Below, one piece after another: positions 48,791-61,817 of a stretch of 64,000 nt of DNA; within the stretch, counting starts at the first letter, position 1, and the number at the start of each line of letters is the position of its first letter. Position numbers and translations under genes: made by a program. The notes below the pieces were generated by a model. That model was not told the origin of the DNA. It was given only the letters and a program-made list of their open reading frames with translations, and did no database searches. This stretch comes from Selaginella moellendorffii (lineage: Eukaryota; Plantae; Lycopodiophyta). The stretch is taken from contig NW_003314311.1 in NCBI RefSeq assembly GCF_000143415.4, forward strand, positions 1,000,769 through 1,064,768, written 5' to 3'.

Positions 48791-50013
48791 ATTAAGAAAA
48801 TATTCTTTAGTGTACCAAAATATTTTAAAATTTTATTTTTAATGACTCTTTTTGTTGACCTGGCTCTCTTTATTGGCAGATCTGTATATAACCTAGTAAG
48901 CTTTTAATGATTAGTTTATTTGAATTGATGAAGTGTGCTCAAAATTTCTATTTGTTTGTTTAAGGGCTATGAGAGACTAAAAACAAATGCGCTTAAACTT
49001 TGAAAGAATGTGAAGGTGACATTTCTAATTTTGAAATTATGTAAGAAAAAAAAGTTACTCATTTTAAAAGACTTTTAGCTATACAATTATGTAGCTAAAT
49101 ATGTTTACTAGCAAACCAAAATACCAAATAATATTAGTGATACTAATAATTATAATAATAATATAAATATTCACAAGAGGAGAAGGAACAAAGGCTAGTG
49201 TTTTGCTTTTCAATGTTATTCAAGAGGATAAATAAAACAGTTGGTAAAACAAACACGATATAAATCCATTGGTATGATCTTCAGTCCTCCTGGAACAACT
49301 TTGCAAGGAGTTCCCTCTCGTACACATCAAGTAGCCTATCCTATGGATTCCACACACATCTCTTTTGAGAGTATGCTCCACAAATCCCTCGGCCTTAAAC
49401 CTGTTACACTTCATAGGATCTTGCCAAATGAGATTTCATGACCTTGAGTATGTATATACCATTTCCATGCAGCTGCTTGGCTATAAAAGCTTGCTGGTCC
49501 TTCCAAACCTCATCTTTTAAAAGCCTCTTGAAATGCCAGGATGAGTACTAGAATGGTGAAGAGAAAAGCTTTGGATTTTTGGGATCGATACAATTGTTGC
49601 GTTTTGACTGATTTACTGGTGTTGACCTCTGGAGGAGCTGTGAGCTATGTTGTGCTGTGAGAATATCAAAACAGCAATGGATAGATATTTATCTTGTGTT
49701 TCTTTTTCCCACTTTTTTGCAAAAGGAAGTAGTTTGTGAATGCTGATGGTTTGTGTCTCCATGAGCTTCATGACTCGCATTCAATGAATGCCAAGTTTCC
49801 AGAGGTTTGAAAAAACGAGTAAAAAAGTTTTGTTTACTAGAAGTACATTAAAATTGAGTCTAAAACATCAAATTAAAAATGTTTTCTCTTTTTGAAATAT
49901 TTGTACCTAAAGCCTTAAAGCCAAAAGTACCTCTTTATTTTCTAAGTCAAGGGTTAGGTTATAATCTTTCTCGCTTGGATTTTTCTATTGTCGAAGCTCT
50001 CGTCAGGTAAGCT

Positions 50014-50742
50014 ATGGTCTCTCGCGCTCACGCCGCCCCAACGCTTGCCCACCGAGCTCCAGCGCCCTGGCATGGCGGCCATCACCGAGCTTCACACCCG
50101 TGAGCTCCAGCTCTAGCTCCAGCACATCGAGCACACCGCCATGGACACCATTCTCGAGGAGGCCACGAGCCAGCGCCAGCTTTAGCTCCAGTTCTTCAAG
50201 GTGATGCTCCAGTTCGAGCCCCAGCGCCAGCTGCTTTCGTTCACCCTGCTCGCGGCCACCCTGCTCATCTGGCTCCAGCGCCTGCTATCCTTGATCATGC
50301 TCGCCACCACGATCCAGCTCCAGCAGCAGCGGTGTACCATCATCATCACGGTGATGGAGCTCCTCTGGTTGTTCACCACCATCACCATGGTCACCACCAT
50401 GGAGGACGCCACCACCACCACCACCACCACCACCACTACCACCACCACCACCGTCGCGACGGTCACGACGCAGCACTGGCCACACCAACACCCGTAGTTA
50501 CAGTGGTTCAGAGGACGCCGTGGTCGCTGCTCCAGCTTCTTCTCTGGGTTTTGGTTGCGATCTTGGTGCTGCTCGCGTGCTTTTTGCTCATGCGATGGAT
50601 GTTATCTCGAAGGAAGCAGCACAGTAATGCGATCTTTCAGGAGCAGATCGAAGTTGTGGTGGATGATTCTCTGACTGAAAAGAAACAGCTGGAAGCTCAC
50701 GCTCGTGGTTCGCACAGCAATGGCACTCTGGGATTCTCCTAA
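50014..50742 (+). pseudogene. His/Pro/Ala-rich single-pass membrane protein gene with one in-frame TGA at 50101-50103
   Basis: MVSRAHAAP...HP*APALAPAHRAHRHGHH...poly-His...WSLLQLLLWVLVAILVLLACFLLMRWMLSRRK, all in one frame. Confidence 0.55.
50409..50451 (+). repeat. (CAC)n microsatellite encoding poly-His
   Basis: caccaccac... with one tac interruption. Confidence 0.9.
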
Positions 50743-51369
50743 AGTGTCCTGCCAACACTGGCAGTGACGCATAAGTCAGCACAGTGCATGCGTTGTCACA
50801 TGGAAGATTGTGTACAAACAATCTTCAAGGAGATGAAGTTGCTGAGCAAGAAGACAGCAGGACGGATGGTGATCTCACCCAGAGATCACATACAAGGGTC
50901 GACTGGTGGAAGTCACCAGACTTGGAAGTTATTGCACAGCTGGCTCGGAACATGGACTGGAAAATAGAGCAAGAACCTACCAAGTTTCGATTTGTCTGAG
51001 CTATCCTCTAGAGGTGACGGGGGAGCAGACGTTAGTGTACCTCCAAAGGCCAGAGAAGCTGCTTGAGACGAAAGGTTTGAGAAAAGGTAACGTACTACTT
51101 TTGCTCTCTGTTCTTGCAGGCGCTCAAATCTCAACTTCGATGAGAAGAAGCAGAGCAGGGCATAGCGGCCAGATAAGTTTCTCAACAGTCAAGAGCATCA
51201 TAAGCCAGGAATCAAGCAAGTGCAAAACTGACACTGCGGCTTGCAACACAGGTTGTTCGACAAGATGGGACGAAGAACAGGATAGGTTGGTCTACCTCGC
51301 AAATTGTGAATAGGAAGCCGATGCATTCGTCGCGTGGAAGCATCAGAAGTGTTCTGGAGGACGAAGAAA

Positions 51370-51600
51370 CACGACATTGGTTGCCTGGAACACGAACATG
51401 CACGTCTTCTATCAGATGCAACAAGAAGCTGGCCTGCCTCCAAACTCTGAGACTTTGCATGGAGCAGCAAACCAAGAACAACCTTTGCTCTTGAGTGCTA
51501 CGAGCAAGCCAGCAGCCAAACGCTCAGACTTTCATGGTGGCGCTCAAGGCACGCGGCGACTTAGCAGAGAAGAGGTTCCACTTGCAGATCTGGGAGAGAA
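51370..51600 (+). pseudogene. Short PPR remnant
   Basis: LVAWN...VFYQMQQE and QPNAQTFMVALKARGDL. Confidence 0.5.
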
Positions 51601-52799
51601 ATCTTGACGGAATCCACTTCTCAGTGTGCTCGCTCAATGAGAGAAAAGCTTTTCTCGGGAGGTCGGTAAACAATGTTGCAGGAAAGAGTATGATGCAAGG
51701 TTGATGGAGCCGTCAATGAAACCCAAACAAAGATGGTACGTGAAAAGATGCGAAAGGATCTTATGGTGAAGAGATAAAAAATATGAGAGACAATACTTAT
51801 CTCTTAATTAATTTGCAGTCGTATCAATTTAATTAATCAATAGTTATAAACATATTTAAGATTAATATTTCAATAGTAGAAACAAGAATATACTAGAAAG
51901 TGTTTAGGAAAGTTTATAATTTATAATTAAAAATATTAATCTAAATGAATAACAACTATTAGATTTTAAAATATCCTAGAATCTTTAAGAATATTTTCAG
52001 CATATTCAATACTGCTACAGGTTTGCTTAAGCAAACCAATTATAGGTCTATAGTGTTTGGTCACTTTCAACCTATACAGGCTTATTCACAAACCTATTTA
52101 CATTAATATATAGAACTTTTTTTTTCTAAAACTTCTTTGATTAAGCCCATATTAAAACTTGGGACTTAAGTTTCTCCAAGATTTTGTTGTCAATTAGACG
52201 TAATATTCTTCTTTCAACCATGCTCTGTATAAATATACAAACTTTATAATTACAATTCAAGTTCTTTAAATCTTTCTTGATTTAGTATTAATAGATAAGA
52301 AACAACAAACATATGAAGATTATAAATACTTGGTCAAAGGAAGAAAAAATAATACTCAAAGATATTATAATAAAAGATCAACATCAAGCAGCAATACTAT
52401 CATCACGATATAATTTATAGTTATGGAAGTGATATTATAAATGGGAAGCTTTACAACATCATAATCAACCAATTTCCAATTACATATAATTCTTTAAACA
52501 TTAAAATTCTAAAATCTTTCATCCTTTGCATAGGATGGATTCAAATGTTATATTTGGATTAATCATAATGTCTGAACATGAGGTTAAAAAAATAGATATT
52601 GGTATTGTGTTTGAAATTAAAATAAACCTTGTCTATAAATTACACTGGCATTTCATATAATTACACTCAAAGAGACTTTATAGTAATAATTAAAATCTTA
52701 AATATATAGCTTAAAAAATTAGTATAAATACTAATTATTAAATATTAAAATAAATTTATTCTAAATTAGGTGATAGCGACTCCCAAAAATATTAGATAC

Positions 52800-55700
52800 T
52801 GTGAGTGCTTGGAATATGGAAAGGGCATACAGAAAATATGCATATCAATTAGCCCAAAAACCCTAGCTTATATACAAGAGCGAGTGGTCCAAATTGAAAT
52901 CAATCTGACAATTACTAAAATCCCATTATGCTAAATTAGTATACGGCATTGTAGCCATACACTCACATCATCCCCTCCTCTCGGAATAATGGAAGACCAT
53001 CAGGGTTCTCTTGTAAATGGGCCGGGATCTAGAGGAATATCAGGAGGAGGTATTGGTGAATTTGTAGGTGGTATTAACTACTCATAAAACCTTTATATGA
53101 AGTATTTCAATTGTTATATATGCATAATCTTTGGAGGATCGACTTACTGAACATTATGCCAAACCTTATAAACTTGTGGTCCAACTTGTCGCAATACCTA
53201 ATATAGTCCTTTTCTCTGAGCAAGGAGCCTTTTAGATAAACCACGTACCATAAGATGGGGAAAACGAACTAACACCAAGTCATCCACTTTATACTCCGCA
53301 GGTGGACAATGATGGGAATTGTAGTGCCATTGTTGTCCCATTTGTATGCGGCCTAAGTGTTCGGCAGACTCTACTCAGACAAGTGGAAGAATGCTCGTCA
53401 AATACTTAATATCGGTAGCTCGTGGCAATCACAAAGGTAAACCCATCTTTGTTAGTAATATTGGATCATAACCATATAGGAGTTTATATGGTGAAGCACC
53501 AACAAAACTTTGCATCCCTGTGACATATGCATGTCAAAGAGACGGCAAATAACCATCCCAATCCGAATGCTGAAAGTTCACATATTTTGCAATCATCCAT
53601 TTGAACATTTGAACGAGCCATTCCACCAAACCATTTGATTGTGGACCATAAGCACTAGTGAAAGTGTAGCATATCCCTAACCGAGACGTCAAAACATGAA
53701 ATACCTCAGAAGACCATTATTTGAAAGAATCTGCTCTAGATAAGAATGCTAGAACACCACTCGATTGACGAGGAAGTATCCAACAGCAGTTGTAGAGGCG
53801 CTAGTAAAAGCACTAACTTCCACCCAACGAGTCAAATAGTCAGAAGCAATAATAATATACTCATTGTCAGTAGTCGACTATGGAAAAGGTCCCATAAGAT
53901 CAAATGCCACCAACTCAAATGGACGGGAAACTGCAATTAACTTTAACTGTCTTTCCGCAGCACGAGAGGGGGGTATTACGAGCTTAATAGCAAACGCAAT
54001 TACGCACATACTGGATAATATCATGTCGCATCTCTGGCCAATAGAAAGACCTACACAGCTTCTCGGTTATACGACGATGTCCCATATGCCCATCTAGAAC
54101 AGGAGAATCATGGTAGGCATGGAAAAACTACAAAATAAAGACAAAAGGCACCACCAGCCGTAAATGATCATTAGGATCTGTCTCCACAAAAAAAAAAAAC
54201 CATCTTCAAGGTGATACTGAAAATGTAAATGCCGGAAAGGCAAGTCATCAGCAAGTGATGCAGGATTTTCAAACCCATTTCGAAGCTTTTAAATCCACGG
54301 CTCAATCTTTTGAGCCTCGCGAACCTCATCAAGAGAAGGTAGATCTTGCTCTGTGCCTTATGGACATTGAATGTTAAGTACAGCAACTGCTGATCGCACA
54401 GAATCCTTGTTTAGAAAATCCACAGATGTTGGAACAACAGACTTGTCAAAAATATGAGAAAAGAGTGGAGAAGGAAGAGGAACTCGAGAAAGGGCATCAA
54501 CATCAGCCATAGAATGCCTTGGGCAATGAACAACATCAAAATCATATATTTAAAGCTTCAAAGCCTACCGAACAATACGACCAACCAAGTTCTTTCGCTT
54601 CAATAATGAAGTAACAGTAGTATGATTACCTTCAAGTAACGTCTGAGAACCATGTAGATATGCATGAAGTTTCTCAAAACCCCAAACTACTGCTAAACAC
54701 TCTTTCTTTGTCGTGGAGTAGTTCACCTTTGCTGGTTGTAATATATGGTTTACAATGGGATGGCACTGACCAAACACACTCGAGCTCTCTTGTATCAACA
54801 CACCTCCAAGACTAATATCAGAAACATCCACGCGTAAAATAAAAGGTTGAGTGTAGTCAGAATATGTCAAAACTGGAGGAGTCATCAATAGCTTTTTGAA
54901 ATCCACCAACACCCACATTAATGACTTTTGCAACACTCGCAATGGTGTAGTGCGATCAAAAAGATGATCCACAAAGCGACCAAAATATTACATCTTGCCC
55001 AGGAAGCATTGCACATCATTCACATACTTCAGAGTAGAGAACTTTAGAACAGCAACAAGTTTGTTAAGATCAACTTGCAAACCTTCACGAGAAATACAGT
55101 ATCCAAGATAAGTTATGTCTTTGGACCTAAACATGCACTTCGACTGCTTTAACTTTAAACCAATGTCCCATAGCTGATCCAACACTTTACAAACGTCACG
55201 AAAGTGTTCCTCCCATGTCCCCTCCGAGTGGATCAAGATATCATCAATAAAGTCAGTAGTCATCTCTAGCATATTGCAAAGAACCTTGAAAAGCAATTTT
55301 AGAAATATCTTTTTCGGCTATCGATACTTGTCAATACCCAGAAGCAAGATCTAGCTTAGTGAACCAATGACTTCGCCCCAGACGATGTAAGAGATTAGCA
55401 GTGTGAGGAAGAAGGTACACATCTAGGATCATCACTTCGTTTAACGGACAATAGTCGATGCAAAAACGAATACTCCTATTAAGCTTCGTCATAAGATGAG
55501 GTTCACATGCCCAAGGACTCTATGACTTCTGAATAACACCCTATTTCAACATCTTCTTGATATTTGCACATAAAATCTTGATCTCTTTAGGTGATTGATG
55601 ACGAATAGAAACCTTGATTGGACGAGCATCCCCGGTTGGAATCAGATGACATGTGGCAATATTAGCCCTAGAATATAGGTCAAATTCAAATAGATCAAAA

Positions 55701-57584
55701 TACTCCTTTATAAGTTGGTCAACCATTGCAACACAAAGATTGTCAAAGGGATCAGAAAAGAAAATAGTAGAACAAGACAGAAATATAGGAGGAAGTAGTG
55801 GGGGACAAAAGTAATGGAAACAAAGGTGGAAGCAAAGGGACGAAGAAGTACAAAAGTGAGAAGAATGGATAAAATATAAGAAAATATGAAATAAAGGAGA
55901 GAAGCCTCAAAATCATACTTGGCATGATTGCGTTGCAATAATCCATATCAAGAATGAGCTCAAAAGTTTGACTCGGCACCACCTATAATGATTGCAACCC
56001 AAGCTCAAGATCGCCCACACGCACAATTAAGTCCACCTCATCCCATGCACATGTATGTGTACGGCTATTGCCATGAAAAATGAAAATTACCTCCACTGCA
56101 CGACACAAGTGTAGACGGCAACGTGTAGCAATAAGTCAAGCAATAGAAGATAAACTTAAACCTATATCAACTAACACAAAGAAAATAATAGAAAACTATT
56201 TGTTATAAAATTGAGTTTGGAAAGTAAATATTGGATAAACTGGTGCCAAATGAACCCCTTGATGATACTCCCGAAAAAAAGATGGAGGGTCGTTGACTTA
56301 TTCGCACAAGGTCCCTTTATTACTTGCGTGACTTCTCATTTCCCAGATGCATCTCACTATCCAAACCTTCCACTGCAGCAACACCAACAGGACATTATTG
56401 ACGCCAAGGTCTTCACCTAGGAAATGGTGGTTGCCAATCTAGAAACCGCTAACAACGTTGATAAGTGTGACCAACTTCATCAACCTCCATTGGAACATGA
56501 CTATCACCCACAAGAAGTGGAGTTGAAGGACGTGCAGCAAGAAGAGGAAGAGGCGACATCTCATAATGTTGTGCCAAGCGAAGAGCATTATCAAGGGTGG
56601 CTAGAGTAAATGCATGCATAAGTCCGAAAAGATCTTGATGAAGTGCTGCCCACAACATTCATTGCTTGATCCGCTCCAACATATTTGACTCCGCACGAAG
56701 CCAGAGGCTTCGGAAACGAATGCAAAATTGCATCACTAATTCAAATGGCCCTTAATGAAGATGATGCAATTGTTGGAAAGCATCATCATAATTGTCAGCA
56801 TATCTGAATACGCGTTTGAAGATGTTCGGAAAAACACTCCAATGCCCACAGGTGGCTGCACTCAAACCATTGTACCATTGTAACATCGTCCCTTGGAGAC
56901 ACATGGGAAAGTCACACAAACGTTGAACATCATCCCAAGAATGATATATGGCAATCACCGTGAAATGATCGAACCAATGGTACATATCATCCCCAAGATT
57001 CCTATGAAAGAACTCTGGCCGAACGCAAAGATTGGCACCAAGAGTAGGAGGAATTGTACCATATGCTGTGAATGCCACCATCAATTGAGTTTGGTTGTTC
57101 AATTGCAATCGCATGGCATCAAGCAATTGCACCAACTACTGCTCTAAAGTCAGAAGAGGAGATTGTTGCGCTACCATGAAAATGAATGAAAAGGATAAAA
57201 TAAAAGAAGAGAAATGAGAAAAAACTAAAAGGAAAGGAAGATCTAAACAATAAAAAAGCTAGGTCTAAACCAAAATCTTGAAAAGAAAGAACAAAAGAAA
57301 GGAAATGGAAAAAGCTAGATCTAGACAATACAAAAGCTAAATCTAAACCAAAATCCCAAATTCAAGCATTCCTTAGGGACAATAAAAAATGCCCCTCATT
57401 TCCACCAATGTGAGTGTTTGGAATATGGAAAGGGAATATAGAAAATGTGTATATCAATTAGCCCAAAAATCCTAGTTTATATACAAAAGCAAGTGGTCTG
57501 GATTGAAACCAATCTGATAGCTACCAAAATCCCACTATGCTAATATTAGTATACGGTATCATAGCCATACACTTGGCCCTCACA
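52800..57584 (-). mobile_element. Full-length but decayed Ty3/gypsy LTR retrotransposon (gag-PR-RT-RH-INT)
   Basis: LTRs 57409-57584 and 52800-52967 (TGTGAG...CTCACA); PBS TGGTGGAAATGAGGGGC; PPT GAGAGGAGGGG; TSD ATAC; FIDDILIHS, FILRVDVSDISLGGVL, NYSTTKKECLAVVW; domain order RT-RH-INT; many stops. Confidence 0.95.
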
Positions 57585-58629
57585 ATACTTAAATTACTAA
57601 TTTATTTAAATATCTGTTTAATGAAAATATTGCAGCTAAAAATTTAATAGAATATTCTTTAGTGTATCAGATTATTCTTGTCAACTCCCTTATTTACTAG
57701 CTCTCTTTATTAGAAAATCCTTTTATAAACATAATTCTTGACGGTGATAGTTATTTTAAAGAAATACTATTTTAAATTCTTTTTTGAACACTACCAAATA
57801 ATACATACCTAGTTGGAATAACATCTTCAACACTATTAATGCTTTGCAATTTCATGAGTAATAAAGCACAAACTAATTGAGGAGGAATTAGAATTGTCTA
57901 TAATAACAGTATAGATAAGGTTTTAGTCATCTAAGAAACTCCATTAAGAGTAGAATTTACATGAACACATTAAAAAAATGTATTAAATACTATAATGAGC
58001 ACAAGTGGTTGTGCTAAAATTTAAAAGGTATAAGCACTTTAAAAGATGCAAAGAAAGAATACAAGCTTAAACATTTATAGTGGGTTGAAGATAATGTTTA
58101 CACAGAATATATGTATAAAACTATAGACTTAGCTAGCATGGTGGTTTAGTCATTTTCCACATTTAAGGACTTTAATTGTTTCTCAAATAAGGAATTACTT
58201 GCATTGATTTCTTTATTAATTCTCTTTCTTTAGTAAATGAGTTTTAAAATACTTGCTACCTGAGTGTTAACAATAAATCTTATTGGAAGTTACTATATAA
58301 TGTGGCTATCAAAAACAAGTTGCTCTAAATGCATTAATATGAATTTTGCTAGAATGACTTGGTCATCTCTATTTTACAATAGACCTTCATTCACTTTTAT
58401 ATGAAACGCTAAATTATAAAAACAATACATGTAATTTTAAAGATTTGATGAAATGTTTATCTATTACAACATTGACACAACCTCTTGGTCACAACCTCAT
58501 GAAATGATGAGATTAACTTTTGATTATCTTGGAATTTAATTTGCAACAAAACTAAATTAGAACCTTGAAATTGTTAAAAGAAAATGATGAGTAAGTGAGC
58601 CTATACAATTGACAAATTTGCACTATCCC

Positions 58630-60872
58630 AAACACGAGTATATAGAACAGCCACAAATTTGTCAATATCAACTTGCAAACCCTCACAAGAAATATTATAC
58701 CCAAGATAATTTGTATCCTTGGACCTAAACACGCACTTTGACCACTTTAGTTTTAAACCAACTTTCTAAAGTCGATCCAACACCTTATGAACATCACAGA
58801 CGTGTTCCTCCCACATTCCTTCCTAGTGGATCAATACATCATTAATAAAGTCAGTAGTTACTTTCGGCATATCCAAAAAACTTCGTCTAGCATCTGCTAG
58901 AAAGTTGTTGGAGCATTGTTCAAATCAAATAGCATCACCAAGAACTCGTACAAACCAAATAGTGTATGAAAAGAACAATGTGAGGAAGAGGGTATAAATT
59001 TGGGATTATCAGTTTCTTTAACAAATGATACTTGATGCTAAAACAAATAATCTCATCAAACTTCATCACAAAATGAGGTTCACATGTGACTTTTGAATAA
59101 CACCCTTTTCTAACATCTCCTTAACGTTTACATGTAAAATATTGATCTCTTTGGGTGACCGATGATGAACAAAAACCTTGATTTGGTGAGCATCCCTAGT
59201 TGGAATAGGATGACGTGTTGCAATCTTGACTCTAAATGACAGGTCAAATTCAAAGAGATTAGTATACTCCTTTATGAAGTAGTTAACCACTACAACACAA
59301 AGACCATCGAAAGCATCGAAAAAGGGAAGAAAGGAACAAAATGGAAATATAGAAGGATCTAATGAGGAGATAAAAATGATTGAAGTAGAGGGATGAAGAG
59401 GAACAAAAGTGAAAGGAATGAAAGAAATATAAAGAAATATTATATAAAGGAGAAAAGTCTCAAAGTCACATTTGACATAGTTGCACCTTAACCAATCCAT
59501 ACTAAGGATGAAGTCAAAAGCTTAACTTGCCACCACTTATAATAATTACAACTCTAAACTCAAGAGCCATTACCATAAAGAATGAAAATTGGCTCTATCA
59601 CACAACGCAAATGTAGATGGCAATGTGTGGCAATAGGCCGATCAATAGAAAATAAAAATATGTCTATATCAACCAATATGGAAAGAAGAATGAGAAGCCT
59701 CAAATGAACCCTTTGATGATACTCCTAAAAGAAATATGGAAGGGTCATTAACTTATTCGCACAAGGTCCCTCTATTATTTATGTGACTTTTTGTTTCTCG
59801 GAAACATCTTGGTATCTAAACTTTCCATTGCAGCAGTACCAATAAAACGTTATTGATGCCAAGGTCTCCACATAAAAAATGGAGGTCACCAATCCGGAAA
59901 ATGCCGACAACACTGATAAGTGTGACTAACTTTATCATACGCCCAACAATAGACATCACAGTCACGATCACGTCCTCGCCCTTATCCTTGAATTCGGGTA
60001 GCAGCAGCATCAACCTCCATTGAAATATGACCATCTCCCACAGGAAGTGGAGTTAGAAGGACGTGCAAAGAGAAATGGAAGAAACAACGTCTCATAATGT
60101 TATGTCAAGCAAAGAGTATTGTCAAGGGTGGCTAGAGCAAATGCATGCACAAGTCCTACAAGATTTTGACGAAGTGTTGGCCATAATATTCTTAACTTGA
60201 TCTGCTCTGATATATTTGGCTCCACATGAAGTAAAAGGCTTTAGAAACAAATGCTAAATTGCATTACAAATTCAAATGGCCCTTGGCGAAGATGATGCAA
60301 TTGTTGAAAAACATTATCACAATCGTTGGCATATCTAAATGCACATTTAAAGATGTCTAGGAGAATGTTTTAATCCTCACAAGTAGTTGCATTCAAACTA
60401 TTGTATTATTGCAATGTCATCCCTTGAAGACACATGGGAAACTTATGCAAACACCAAATATCATCCCAAAAATGATATGTGACAATCACCTTAAAGTGAT
60501 CAAACCAATAGTACATATCATTTCCAGATTCTAACAGAAGAACTCCGGTCGGATGCAAGGATTGATAGCAAGACCAAAAGGAGCTATACCATATGCTATG
60601 AATGTTACCATCAACTGAATTTAGATTATTCAATTGCAATTACATACCATTGAGTAATTGAATCAATTGTTACTTCAAAGCCAAAGGAAGAAATTACTAC
60701 TCTACCATAAAGATGAATGAAAAAGAAAGAACAAAAAGAAGAAGTTAAGAAAAAGTATATGAAAATGGAGATTTAAACAATGCAAAAGCTAGATCTAAAC
60801 AAAAATTCTAAATCCTAACAACAATCAAAGTTGCCCTTTATCTCCACCAATGTGAGTGCATGGAACCTCACA
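58630..60872 (-). mobile_element. 5' half of another copy of the same gypsy family (collapsed LTR, PBS, gag, PR, part of RT)
   Basis: Colinear with 55050-57420; ORFs 59066..59500 and 60406..60639 parallel ORFs 55541 and 56752. Confidence 0.9.
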
Positions 60873-61817
60873 ATTAATAAAAAATACAAGATTTATTTCA
60901 ATATTAAATGGAGAATATCCTAGAATATACAAGCATATTCTATATATATATATGATGTAGTGGTATTATAAAGTTTATAAATTTTAAAGTATTTATAATT
61001 TATAAACATTCTATTGTTTGGTTTAAATTTAATTTCTTTTCAATAAGAAGTTCGGATCCCTGAATCATTAGTAAGCAGCAGCAGCAGCTGTGCGACTTTT
61101 TTCCATGTTGCACGATCATACATCTGGACGATGTGGCATCCCAAACAAGGCGTTGATCCTTAAAGCCCAGTCATTGTGCCAGCTTGTACTCTTGGCTTTC
61201 TTTCCAGCAAAACTATAACTACAGGCCGAGACAAGAGGAGGAGAAGGAAGTTCATCTGTGAAGAACTATCCAGCAAGCGCTACAGCTCTGTGGACAAGTT
61301 CATGCTATGGAGGTTTGGAAACAAACGTGGCAACCTCGAAGAGACGAGTACAGTGGTATTGGGGCAAAGCTTTTCAGACTAATGAGGCTAGAAGGTGTCC
61401 GAGTTGACAAAATTGCGTTCACATCGTGCCGGCAGCAGCAGCCTCAAGTATGGATTGCTGCTGCATGGCAATCTCAAGTCTACATAACAGCTTCAAGAAA
61501 AAAGCTTTGCACCACCTTTCTCAGCCTTGGTCTGTGTCGACGTGGTCCACAAGCAGAGCAACATCCTCTTGACTCAGGCTCTCGGCTCTTGAGCAGCCTC
61601 TTGCTCAAGGTCGGGATGGCGCAAACGTTTGACCGGAGCAAGGACGGGCTCCAGAACTGATACATTCCAACCATTAGATTCTGAATGGCGATCACGTAGA
61701 AAAAAAAGCATTGTTCTAGAGAATGTAATAGCTTGAAGATGTCAGGGTAACCAGTGTACGCCCCGTTTTGTGTTATAAACTATCATGCTGCACTGCTGCT
61801 GCCAACGTTGCAGTCAT

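Noticed and set aside
50182-50497. Poly-Val, poly-Thr and poly-Gly ORFs
   Set aside because: Alternative readings of the (CAC)n tract; the His frame links to a TM helix and is more coherent
50743-51313. ORFs downstream of the His-rich gene, with one intron-like segment
   Set aside because: No consistent frame or family could be built; left unannotated
57390-57407. tRNA-like 3' end sequence
   Set aside because: Retrotransposon primer-binding site, not a tRNA gene
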